A DNA stretch of 43,036 nt. Origin: Kudoa neothunni (taxonomy: Eukaryota > Animalia > Cnidaria). A model generated the notes under the pieces. The model was given only the letters and a program-made list of their open reading frames with translations. It was not told where the DNA came from and did not search any database. This document shows, piece after piece, positions 23,718 through 35,663 of the stretch. The stretch lies in NCBI GenBank assembly GCA_964304625.1, contig OZ199838.1, forward strand, positions 15,742,781 through 15,785,816, in the 5' to 3' direction. Within the stretch, counting starts at the first letter, position 1, and every line of letters begins with the position of its first letter. The position numbers were made by a program, and so were the translations under genes.

Positions 23718-25158
23718 TCCTTTGGATTAGTGGGATCTTGTTGGACCCACGTGAATTTTTGTCTCCGATAATTCTGGTTTTAACTAACTTAGCTCCAAAC
23801 GGTAAGTTCTATCGCATATTTTTTTATTTAACCTTTCTGTTAACTTGGATGGATTTAAGAAAATTTCTTGACGGTGATAACAACGATTCCTACCTATCCG
23901 ATCAAGAGTGCCATAGCGAGGACTCATGTAGTGATGATTTGGTATTAGAAAAAACCGATATATCTAAAAATTACTCAACATTGGAAACTTTTGATGGAAA
24001 TAAAGATAAATTTTATGGAAAGAACTTTGAATAGTCAGCTAATCCTGTTGGATTATTTTCTAAAAAGAGGAAGTACGATATCTTAAACAACAAAAATCAA
24101 ATACACATTCCTGATAATATTAACACAGAAGTTCAAATCTGGAGCTAATTTTTTACAGATGCAATATTAAAAAACATAAAGTCAAATTTCAAACGAGAAC
24201 GTGATTGCACCATTTTCTTGCAATAACAAAAGGTGAATTTAACCGACATGAATGAACTCTGGGCAGATGTTGACTTCGGCATTCCATTATGCAAACAAAT
24301 TTTCAATTTTAATAGATTCAAAGACATTTTATACTTTAAACTTCGAAGTTTATGTGGGAGTTCAGAATAACGTGAATAATTCTGCTCAAAGTGTAGTTAT
24401 GCGTGTTGCACAATCAATTTTAGGTTCTGACAGAAACATAACTTTAAAACGAAATAAAAAAGAAATTCCTGGTGAATTTTTAGCATCAAAAACAAAAGAG
24501 CTGTACTCATCGAAATTTGCATATATTAAAGAGTTAACGCCTAATTTCATATGACCCTGAAAAGAATAAATCGGTCATTGTGTTGAGCACATTTCATCAC
24601 AGACCAATAGTCGACTTAGAAAACCCCCCAAAATTCCATAAATTATTTCATTTTATAACTCTACCAAGGGTGGTATTGATACAGTTGACCAAATGTGTGT
24701 CAATTATTCCACCTATTGAACAACTAGAGAATGGCCAGCAATAATATTTCACACTTTGTTAGACGTTGTATCAATCAACGTTTTTGTTATTTACTATATA
24801 AAAATTGAGCAAACAAATAAGAGGGAAAGATTTTTTGAAATTGTTATCCATGCAGCTTATGGAAGAGGAAATCTGTGGAAAAGGTACTAAACATAATTTA
24901 TTTTGATTAAAACTTTATAGAACCACCAGAAATCAATTTCTCACAAGAATCCAACAATCTCATCGCTAAAAAACGTTGCCATTTGTGTCCTCGCCAAAAC
25001 GATAAAATAACCCGAACAGCGTGTCACAGTTGCAAAAATCGATTAAAATAATATATATGTGGCAATTTACATCGAGTTTTTCCTCGTGGGGTCCAAGGTC
25101 CAATGGACCCCATGCGTGTGTTCACGTTAAGTTTTTTACGCGTCCCACGGAGGGTTAA
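23718..25158 (+). mobile_element. piggyBac element, internally deleted and decayed
   Basis: DSKTFYTLNFEVYVG, YNSTKGGIDTVDQMC, WPAIIF, C-terminal RCHLCPRQNDKITRTACHSC; right end GGAGGG|TTAA at 25154; left end degenerate. Confidence 0.85.
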
Positions 25159-25653
25159 TGATTATCGCGACGACGCCTACTATAATCCACTCATATACAT
25201 CTCCATCAACAGAATTAAATTGTGTTGAATGCAAATAGTTTCTACTTTTATAGTCTAAAAACTTTTCTAGGTTTTTTTGATTATTTGATTGTTCATCTCT
25301 AGGATGCCATTAGGAGTCTAAATAGTAGATATTTTACACAAATTTTTATAAAAAACACATTGCACAGACAATGACCAATCAATATCCTAAGTAAATAGGT
25401 TCTTAAAAGAAGCGTGAAATTGATCACCCAACGTACACCGTACAATTAATTCTGAGCTAGATTAGGAGAACTATACAAAATTCCATCAGAATACTTCGCA
25501 TGCATGTTCTTCAGGATGTAAAATATTGTAGTTTATAAAACCGAAAAAAAAGTGACCCAGCACGAGACACTTAAATCCTGTTAATGCGCTAACGTCATTG
25601 CAAGAAAACGGAACCAGAGCATACACTACGCACAAATATTATTTAGTAATACA

Positions 25654-27412
25654 TTAGTTTCGTTTCTTAATATGTGTGAAGTGACTAAACTCGGCGCGCA
25701 ATTCTAATAGCCCCCTGGATGGTTTTGGGTTTGATGAGGGATTAGAGGACGAAACATTGTTATTTGTAGAGCCGGGATATGACGGCATTTGGTTTGGTTG
25801 GTATGATCCACCTTGATTGACACCGTAGTTCACAGCTCCATAAGGATTGACAGAATATTGACTTCCACCTGGAACACACACAATCGTTGGTCAGTAATAA
25901 AAAATACAATTGAACAACCTGAAGAGTAGGAAGAAGGAGCTGGTGGTTGTTGTGCTGACGCGCCGTAAGGAACGTAGCCGTGTGTTACCACCTCCATAGG
26001 AGGCCACCTCAGGCATGTGGGAACCATACGAAGGTTGCATGTGTGGGTTGTTCATGGACGGAGAGGTTTCAGCGTAGGCAGCTGGGGGAGGTCTATTGGT
26101 GTAACCATAGTTTTGTCTGGGATATTGGGAACCGTGCATAGATTGATTGTTCATGTACGGTGACTAAAACGTAATTGATACGACAACAGGAAACAATATC
26201 AAATCGAAACCTGTCTACGAGGAGGATGTCTCATGTTGGACATTTGGTTTGGAACCGTTTCTATACGGATTTTGACTCATACGTTGATTTCTATCTCCAC
26301 CAGTTCTGGGAACTTTTCCTCCAGGACCGCTGGGTCGTCGCATCATACCACCAGCATCGGCGGGGGGAGCGCCTTGAATGGGGAAATCGGGGTTGGCTTT
26401 TCTCACCTCGAGACGTTTGTTGTTGAGATATGGGAAACGATTGTCGATCATGATTTTATCGACGACATGGAAATTATCAAACACGATGAAGCAGAATCCA
26501 CGACTCTTGCCAGTGATTTTGTCTTTTTTGGGAATAACCTATCCAATTGAGATTCAGCCATGTATGTACAACAAGCTCACCAAAGTCAAAATGATCGAAA
26601 AGTTACCTCAACAACTTTTCCGATGTTTGCATATTTTTCGTTGAAGAGATCGGTGATTTCTTCTACTGTGTAGACTTGGGGCAGTCCACCAACGAAAACA
26701 CGGTCAGTTTTAGTTTGAATAAGCGGATCATCGACATCTTTAGGTGCCGCTCTTTTGATATCCAACTATAATAACAGCAACCATCGAATAATTTAACATT
26801 CACCAACAACATCACAAGCAACAAAAGGACTACAGTTTTTCCTTGGAATGGTTCCATTTCGATGAACAACAAGCTGTCAGTTTCATCCTCAGAATTCAGC
26901 GTGAAGAAACCAAATCCGCGATTCATTGTTGGATTGACGGGATCTTTCATCAGTGACATTTCTTTAAAGTGGACGGATTTTTGTTCGAAAAACTCTTTCA
27001 ACTGGTCCTCTGTAGCAGTTCGGGCAATGTTTCCAATGAAAACCTTGCATAGATTCTCATTGAACACTTTTTTCTCGGCAGATGAATTCATATTGGAGCC
27101 ATTGTTTGACACCTGATTGTTGGCATTCTACGCAACCAAAATTAGTACACCATCCAAACAAGTTACACATCATATTTTTGGCGTTTAATAATTGCTAGCC
27201 GCATTACAATAGGACGACTGTGTAGTTATTATGACGTTAAATTCGATCATACAATTAAGTGAACACAATTTAAGACATAACATCACAATTACTGCCGCAA
27301 ACGGTAACAACAGCAGATGTAACACATTTTACACACAACCAACACAAATTAAATAAACACTTACAGGTTCGTCAGTTTTATCGTTGTTATTAAAATTAGT
27401 AGCCGATTGCAT
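25654..27412 (-). CDS. Two-RRM RNA-binding protein with Gly/Pro/Tyr/Asn-rich tail (hnRNP A/B - DAZAP1/Musashi family)
   Basis: Exon 1 27412-27365 (MQSATNFNNNDKTDEP|GTAAGT). RRM1 KVFIGNI...NRGFGFFTL...LDIKRAAPK; RRM2 RVFVGGLP...KSRGFCFIVF...LEVRKA. Apparent 1-nt indels at ~26253 and ~25983; the true stop may be TAG at 25704 (NHPGGY*). Confidence 0.88.
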
Positions 27413-27752
27413 TATAGTCTCTGTAGGTTTCAACAAGATTACTATCAACTATTTATATACTAATCAGGGGTGAGTTTATTTTTAGACGTCAATTACTAGT
27501 TTTAAAGTTCTAATGTGATTTTCAAGTCAATATCAATGATAACAATACCGGTAGTAATATTACTTGTGGGTTGGATATGATACAAACGCAACTGTCACTC
27601 ACTCAGTCCGACGTAGGCAGTAAACAAGTTTTGCCGAAGATCGCCGACAATTATATTGTGAACATGCATTACCTATGAGGTTGCGCAACGGTTATTGGAC
27701 AGCATTTATTTGAATAGAAACACAATTTTTAAAACAGTCTCGACACTCAAAT

Positions 27753-28926
27753 CTAGCTACTACAATAACAGCTGTAAATGAAATAATCGACAGTTAGGTC
27801 GTCGTGAGTTGCGCATGTTATGTCTTTTGAAAACCTGTGTAAACAGATTAAAATAAGCTTTCATCCCCACTCGTTACAACAATACAATACCCTTGTTTCG
27901 AATAAAAATTCAATGCCTTCACATTATCTACAGTCATAAAAACCAATTACACCACCGCTATAAAACACCAATGCTACTACCTTGAAGAACTGTCAAACAC
28001 AATCCTATCGATTCCACACCTAAATAAATAAATTGATTGATTGATTGATTGATTAATTAATTAATTAATTAATTAATACACAGATATTTACACAAATATT
28101 AAAAAGGCTTGGTGGGTATTATAATTAAGTACATTGGTGGCATAAATAATCCCAATTTCGAATACACGCATGACAATAAAATTGTGTACGGTCGAAAAAT
28201 ATTTAAAAATTTATTATTAACCAATTTTTAGTCAGCTTTAAATGCACACAAATTTAAATATTATGTACTTTAATGATGATCTCATCAAAATGTCCATCAG
28301 ATGCGAACCAATTCCAATAGATTGGTGGCTAGACGATACCTGCATCTCTAGGCTACACACTTAATTAGTGGTGTTCACTGAAATACACACACACACACAC
28401 ACACATATAGAAAACCGGCTTATTATAGTAAATTTCGTATGAGAATAATATGAATCCTACAATCACGTGGCTTTCGGTCGCCGTGTAAAGACACCTAGAA
28501 ATGCGCGGAGTGACAACTTAAATAAATTATTGATGGTTTACAGCAATTTCTCGTCAAAAAACTGCTGTTTCACTTCGTTAGACCAACCCAGTGAGGTTCC
28601 CTTTCGCCTATTTTAACGTTATTTTTGCCTATATGTAAATGTAAATAAATTGATGATACATCTCTTTCATATTTGCTTTGGTTATGTTATACATCTGATG
28701 AGCATAGCTTGTATTTAGGCTACGTACTTGTTCAATTTTTGTTTTTAATTTTGGCGTTTCTCTATTAATCAATAATAACTCAAGTCAATTTCACAACTAT
28801 GTTCACTCCATATTGTTGTCCATGCTTTCTATTTCATCATTGTAAATGTTTACTATTCTAAATTGAATTTATGAAGCGTATATGATTAGCTGCTTACTGT
28901 GAAAGCGAAAAAGTTAATTTTGTCAT
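27753..28926 (-). CDS. NAA40: N-alpha-acetyltransferase 40 (NatD), GNAT fold, 9 exons; not in the ORF track
   Basis: Spliced: MTKLTFSLSQ...YNITKANMKEMRKGTSLGWSNEVKQQFFDEK...VGFILFSYE...VFYILEMQVSSSHQSIGIGSHLMDIL...RIVLTVLQDNVKALNFYSKQGFSKD...DYFIYSC...*. This matches the NAA40 motifs TK.NM...GW, YE.Q...G.G..L and LTV...N..A..F. One extra base at ~27996. Confidence 0.82.
28020..28078. repeat. (TAAA)(TTGA)n(TTAA)n microsatellite in a NAA40 intron
   Basis: Directly visible. Confidence 0.9.
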
Positions 28927-29170
28927 CGAACCAAAAATTGACCCAGAAACCACGGCACTAAACTTAATAATATGCACGCTTGCGCCGTGCTTACAAGGCT
29001 TACAAGGTTTACAAAGTGTGATTATGATCGCACGAGGAAATCATGCTTTCATGTTACTCATAAGATTCCTTTAATTCCATCTAATGCGACGTTAGTGGAA
29101 GATCTATTCATTTTTCTTTAAAATCTTTGTTTTTTCATATTTGTTTTTTCACAATTGTTCATAAACAAAT

Positions 29171-29987
29171 AATAACTTTTAAATGTTAAGAATTTTTTAT
29201 CGGAACTCCGTCGGATACACGGGTAATCTGTATCTTTTTTCACAAACATTGAATTATGTTGTTTCTTTCTTAGTTATTAACTTGAAAGTTATTTATTATT
29301 ACTACTTAGATTTTCTACTATTGATGATATATAACAATTTTATATAAATTAACTTTAAAAATAAACTTTATGCAAGTTTCACAAAAAAATCACATTTTTT
29401 TACTATACAAGAATATTTTGCAAACTCTCAAATATAAATATTAATGTAGCAGGATTTGTTTTAGTTTATAATTTTTTTAATTAATTTTCTTTTTTTAAAT
29501 TAAGAAATTATCGAGTTTTTGTTATTAAAATTAGGTTTCCGAATTTTTAAAAATGGTAATATTGATTATTTTTAACCTTTTATATGTGTAAACATTGAAA
29601 AAAAAATTGTAAGCGATATTTTTATTGCTACATTTAATATACATGTAACAATCCCTCCTAAAAAGTAATGACTTCATATAATCAAACTTGAATTAGTTAT
29701 CTATTGAAATTAAATGTTTATCTAAATATGGTGTTGATTTATTACTAAAAAACTCGTCAGTTCGAAGAAAATTAAGAAAATGCATTTTGAAAGCACGAGG
29801 TTGTCTTCTCGTTTTTAAACTATTCACACTTTAACCTGTATAATTGAATTTGATATTGTAACACTTGTGTTTATATGATAACAAACATGAAATATAACCA
29901 ATTTATGAATGTTTATTGAAAAATATCGAGATTACACATGCACCCGACGGAGTTCCGATAAATAAGTCTTAAAATTTTAAAGTTATT
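29171..29987. mobile_element. MITE/foldback-like element with >=60 bp imperfect inverted repeats
   Basis: Core TTTATCGGAACTCCGTCGG at ~29196-29214 is inverted at ~29944-29962; AT-rich non-coding interior; TSD not resolved. Confidence 0.65.
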
Positions 29988-30099
29988 AAGATTCAATAAT
30001 TACAAAAAATCCAGCCAAATACCTCTTTAACCGAATCTAGATTATCCCTGTGATATCCCATAGGAAATAAACAGCTAATGAACCCATGTACTAGTATGT

Positions 30100-30330
30100 T
30101 TTAAAATAATGGCTTACATAACAGAACCAAATATTATTCTGAAAGTATCAATCGTATTTTGTAATAAAAACGAAGAGACATCAGGACGACTATTCATAAT
30201 ATTTGCAACACATGTTCTGAATGACAACGGCGGGTTCATCGACCATAAAGTTCCGTTCTTGTGTATTAATGAGTTAAGTTGTATATCTGTATCAATATCA
30301 AATTTTTCTAACGATAAATAATCATTAAAT
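30100..30330 (-). mobile_element. piggyBac transposase N-terminal fragment
   Basis: KNGTLWSMNPP..RTCVANIMNSRP...TIDTFRIIF resembles the PGBD N-terminal region. Confidence 0.5.
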
Positions 30331-30859
30331 GAAAAATGCAGTGAACGTTCTGAGGGCAGCTTTTATTAAAGAAGATCCGACGGGATTCTGTGATTTACAT
30401 CCCATAATGGACCGAGTTTTAAAAATATCAAGAGAAAGATTCCGACAAACTAAAATTCCAACCTTTTTCGACAAAATTTGATAAATCACATTTCATTTAA
30501 TTAAATAATATATTTATGTGTAAAAAATTGATTTTCACTAATTGGCATCGGACGTAAACACGGAAAAATCGTATTGTATAGTACAATGCGCACGCGATAT
30601 TCAGTCTCGACTGTAATAGGCTTCATACCTAATAAACTTTATTTTAAACATAGCATTTTGAATATAACATATTATACTCTAAAAGAGGTCTAAATTATAT
30701 ATCAGATTACACTAAATTTTTTGTGACGTAAATATCACCAAGGCATAGAAGTAATTTTCTTAAAATTTATTACGAAATATTTCAATTCCAAAATATAATA
30801 TAAATAACTTGAAATTACAATAATCGTAATTTTTAATAATTATCAATGTAATACAAATA

Positions 30860-32010
30860 CAGTGACTTATGGGTCGTGCGTAATCAAAAGGGAATTCAAA
30901 GTCATTACGCACCACACATAACTTTGCGCATGCGAAAATAAACAAAAATTAAAAATAATACACAATATTTTCGCTAACTAGCCTACTTAACTACTGTTAC
31001 TTTTAAAATAATTTTTAATGCAGCCGCTCCTAAAATTAGATCGCCGAATTTTGTTATTTGCTTTAACATTTGTGGGCTTTTTGTTTTAGAATATCTCTAT
31101 CATTATCGTTATCCACTTCATGAGCAGCACAAACTTCTGGATTTCTAGTGATTATATTGACTTCTTCTTCCATCATTTCATTTAATTCGATGGTTTAATT
31201 TTCATTTGCTCTGAGAGTATCTAATTCTTCTTGGCATGGGGAAAAATGACTTTCTAAAACAATTTACAATTGTTTCGGTTTTTACATGATCTCATGAATT
31301 CTTCAACAGAAACATCGCTTCCAATCTCTGTATAAGAGACTCCCTTGAATGTTTCTTATAAATTACTTTAACATTGTTGATTATCCCTTGGTCAAGAGGT
31401 TGCAAAACGCTAGTAGCATTAGGTGGCAAGAAACATAAAGTAATATTGGAAAGGTTCAAATTAGGGTGTTTGCTTCATAATCCAACGGCAGTTTTTTAAT
31501 TGATCCAAAACAACGGGGCTTTGAAAACCTACCTATTATTAATGGGTCTAATTTTTCTCCAACCATAGAGCAGGTAGATAAAGCGGTTATTCTTATTTTT
31601 GATTGTTTGCACCCATTTTTATTTACCTACGCAAGATATACAACACATAAAAATATTAATAACATTTTCGTCTGCATTGAAAATATTGTTTACACCTTTA
31701 GATCCACCGAAAAATGTATTACGAGAGATATTAAATCTTTTTATAAAGCTATAAAGCCATAAAACCAGCCAGTAGACAAACGTGTTTCCTTTGAGGCATC
31801 ATCAAGATCATCATCAAGATCAAGATCATCATCAAGGAGGAATTCATCGGCTTTATTGATGATCGATATCTATATGTTCTCCTTTATTAAGAATTTTTCT
31901 TAATTTGGATTATTCGATATCTTTTCATAGTGTTTGATAATTCCTACTTTTTTCGATAGGGTTAGAAATTTCTTTCTGTTAGCTATAGAAAGACGACCCA
32001 TAAGTCACTG
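30860..32010 (-). mobile_element. pogo/Tigger element, decayed, bounded by inverted repeats and TA
   Basis: TA|CAGTGACTTATGGGTCGT ... ACGACCCATAAGTCACTG|TA. Minus strand has RKKFLTLSKKVGII (CENP-B-type HTH) and FLPPNATSVLQPLDQGII. Confidence 0.8.
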
Positions 32011-32201
32011 TATTTGCAATAATATTATAAAAAGGTGTATAAAATATTTCGAATTTAATCAATGTTTATCCATAATTAAATTTAAAATTATGTAACTCGT
32101 TTTTCGTTGATTTTTGTAAAAATCTTGGGTTCTCAATTTTTTCTTAAATTTACTCCTGATTACGAACACATGGTATAGATTATTTAATTATGCAGTTTGT
32201 A

Positions 32202-34755
32202 ATGGCGGAATTTTATAACTTTGAGTAGGGCCAATCTATTTTAATAAACCGAATTTCATTTATTAGAAATAGTAAAAAAATTTCAAGTTATAACTTGCAT
32301 ATTATGCCAATCCCTAATTCAGGGGTTCAAATCAGCCTTCTTTGCATTGCAAATTTTAGTTGAATGTAATTAAACAAGAACGAATCTCGAATTTTTAAAA
32401 TTTTCTTTTGAATTATAAAAGGAGTATCCCACTGAAACTCCAATAGTAACTGATCAATTAACGAATTTACAATAAATCCAAGCACCAACTGTATCTTGTG
32501 TTGGATTAATTCACGCCATATTGAGACCTACTATTTTCACTCTATAGCTTTGAAGTACTATTATGGAAACTTATCTCTCATATATTGTTCTCCTTTTAAT
32601 GAAAATAGGTGCCTCGTAAAATCTCATTGGGGTCATACTGGATGGTTTTCCAGACCGAAAAGTTTAATTAACCCATCGATGAAATATTTTCTGGCACACG
32701 ATATTCATAAAACGAGGCGAGATTACCTTGATAAAATGTATTTACTATAAAAAGATAATTGAGATTCACCTTGACTTTATCTGAGCTTCTTATAAAAGCG
32801 ATATTTGAGGATCATTAAGACTAGTTATTTATTAAGGCTTTAAGTAATGGTTATAATGATAATAACGTTCATAAAATATTAACAATGATAAATAAAAATG
32901 TCAAATCATAAAATTATAATTAATTAGATTAGGATGAATAGATCGAAAAGAATATTCAGGTTTCTATATACGTGGAGCACTCATGAAAGAAATTTACAGA
33001 AGCAAACAATGACTCTTAACATAATGCGTCGACACTTAATCCGTGATTGTAAAAGCTATTAAAACTTAGGATAGCACTGGCTTGAAAGCGCACTTAGAAT
33101 GGAAAATAATGGGGCAAACCAAGAAGTAAATGCCTTATTTGTATCTATTGGATATTGATCATTGATATTGTAGGAAGAAGCCCCGGATACTAATGCTACC
33201 CTCAGGTCTACGAGATTAAAGCCTAAGTAATATTCCTAGATCAATTTGAAAAATATATAAATGGTTGATGACATTAATTTTGTTAGTTATGATTGTTTTA
33301 AGGGGATTTTTACGTTTTTATTCATTTTTAACATTTAAATGTATTTTCTAAATATGTATACCAAATAGAAATCGGCATTTTTTATGTTTATTCATGCGAA
33401 TAATTCTATACAAACATAGGTTGCATGGCGCCCTTAAAGCTAATCTTTTCAGTATGATGCGAAAACCAAAAAAGTTTTCTCGAGATGGATCGCATCGTGA
33501 AAGTACTTATATCCTTATGAAGACTAGCTATTTTATTTCATCTATTAATATTAAATTTTATGTAGAGAGTGAAGTTGGTGATTCAATTCAAAAGTACACT
33601 TTTTGCTCATTCTTTAAAAAAATTGTATTTTAGTAGCGATGGCAACTCTTCAAGATATCATGACACCAATAGCGCCACATCAACTGTTTGTAGTAGGTGT
33701 GTAGAGTTATTTGTGCAATGACAGTGAATATATTCATTCATAATGTACTCGCATTAAACGCAAGGCTTATATTTGTGATAAAATTAATTGAAAATATATA
33801 TATATATATTCACTACAACAATATTCATTTAACTTTTTTAAATTCTTCAAAGTACAATTAGTGATGAAGTAGTGAGTAATGAAGCAACGCGTTTGTTCAA
33901 TGCGGTTAGCAACAATACCTCCAATATCAACACTCATCATTCTGGCACTATTAGTGTGTTTGATTCCAAATTTTTAAATCTAATCAATGTAAATTGTCAC
34001 GCATATTTTTCCGATTAAGTAACATTTATATAAAGGAAATATCAAAAGATTTTTCCTCTGTCAGATGTGACATTAAAACCAACTCCGATGTAATCACATT
34101 AACCCTATAAGAACAATCAAATCTAATCTACTTTTCCGTAACACATATAGAAAATTGATATTCTCAGAAATGACATTAATCTACAAATGGCCGATGATAG
34201 TTCATGTTTTCAGAATGAAGTATGTGGTTGTTTATCGTGTGGAAAGTTGGCCATCGTAAATATTTAACAAAATAGCTTACCAAACTCAAAAGTAGTGTCA
34301 ACACATTGGAAGAAAACAATGAAATATTGGAGTATCGTCTCAACGAACGTATCAATGAACTTGAGGATGCTTATTCGTCGTTGAATAATTTGGTAAATTG
34401 TTGAATGATTAACTGCATCTCTGTGGGACAGTTTGACTCTTTGTCACACATTAGGTTCATATAATCTCCAAACAGCAAACACAACATCAACAACTGCTTT
34501 CAGTTGTAGACAAATATCTTGTAGTAAACGAATCGGAATCCGTAACCTCTAGCTATATTCTCAAATACATGATACCTGTAGTGATATTTTTGGTTAGTAT
34601 GTCAATCACTGTTTGGAATCGGGTTACAAGTAAAATAAGTCCCAGGTATGTGTTTTTTATGTGAAATAATTTTCTGATTCATTTATAGCGCTTCAACGGG
34701 ATTAATTTTAATGTGTGTATTGATTGTGGCTACTCTTTTTATTTTTTATTTCTAA
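32202..34755 (+). CDS. Uncharacterised multi-exon tail-anchored coiled-coil protein
   Basis: In-phase exons from 33633 give Ser/Thr/Asn-rich sequence, then LTKLKSSVNTLEENNEILEYRLNERINELEDAYSSLNNL (heptads), then a final exon SASTGLILMCVLIVATLFIFYF*. One phase conflict near 34540; the 5' exons and start are uncertain. Confidence 0.6.
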
Positions 34756-35211
34756 TTTTTTCACTGTAATAAACTTTATATTTTTTATGGTTTATTTGTT
34801 GTGCAATTTCCTGTCATTTTTGTGTGCATAAAAATATAAAGCTTGCCCGAATTAATTAATTCGTCTTTAATTAGAAAATTTTAAAATTACTTTTTTTTGT
34901 AGAAATTAATATAAATTTAATTAAATACAATTAAATATAATTTATTAGTCAAAGAGAGATCACAACATTTTTTATTCATTTTATTGAGCCTGATTGATGT
35001 TTTGGGTCATTTCAGGTTTCGTGCCCAGAACTGAATGTAAGATTTTAGCGAATGCAAAATAAATAGAAGATAGTGATCGTAAATCAAATTTTTGATTGAT
35101 AATAGAGAAAATAATAAAGACGACTTTTTATAGCATGTCATTCTCAACAAACATAAGCTCCCCTTGTTGCGCGTTCGTGTAAAACACGGATACACAACCT
35201 TATTGAATAAC

Positions 35212-35663
35212 GGGCCATACTAAAATTAATTGATTAAGATGTTAGATTATTCTAAGTTCAAATTTTGAATTTAAATGTATAAATAAGAATTTATGAAAGT
35301 TATTTAAACTATAAAAGTATGTCAAATAAAAATTGTTATATTCGAGTAATTTGCATGTGTAGAGTAATGAAATCGTGTTTAACTTGTGAATCAACGATGT
35401 CGCGTAACAGTAGGTATACTTATATGCCTTTTTAGAAGTATTTTACATTGTTATATAAATAATTTTAACAATCCTATTTATCCTAGCTTTCCGATTTATT
35501 GAAAACGAACTTTAGTTGACAACATATTAGCATTTGGAACAAAGATTTAGATATAAACTTAAAAGTTCTTTAATTACTTCAGATATTAAGAAAAATTCGT
35601 TTGTAGGTCAATAAATGGCGACCGGATAATGATAACTGACGATGCGTAGGTTGTCGACCTCTG
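35212..35663. mobile_element. Dispersed repeat plus hAT-like terminus
   Basis: 35212-35340 matches 7641-7767 inverted; GGTTGTCGACCTCTG (rc CAGAGGTCGACAACC) ends at 35663. Confidence 0.5.

Noticed and set aside
26175-27116. Several plus-strand ORFs
   Set aside because: Antisense to the hnRNP exons.
27805-27820. NRF1-like TGCGCATG as the hnRNP promoter
   Set aside because: Lies within the last coding exon of NAA40.
28320-28610. U4 snRNA-like or hairpin ncRNA
   Set aside because: The GC-richer sequence is fully explained by NAA40 exons on the minus strand.
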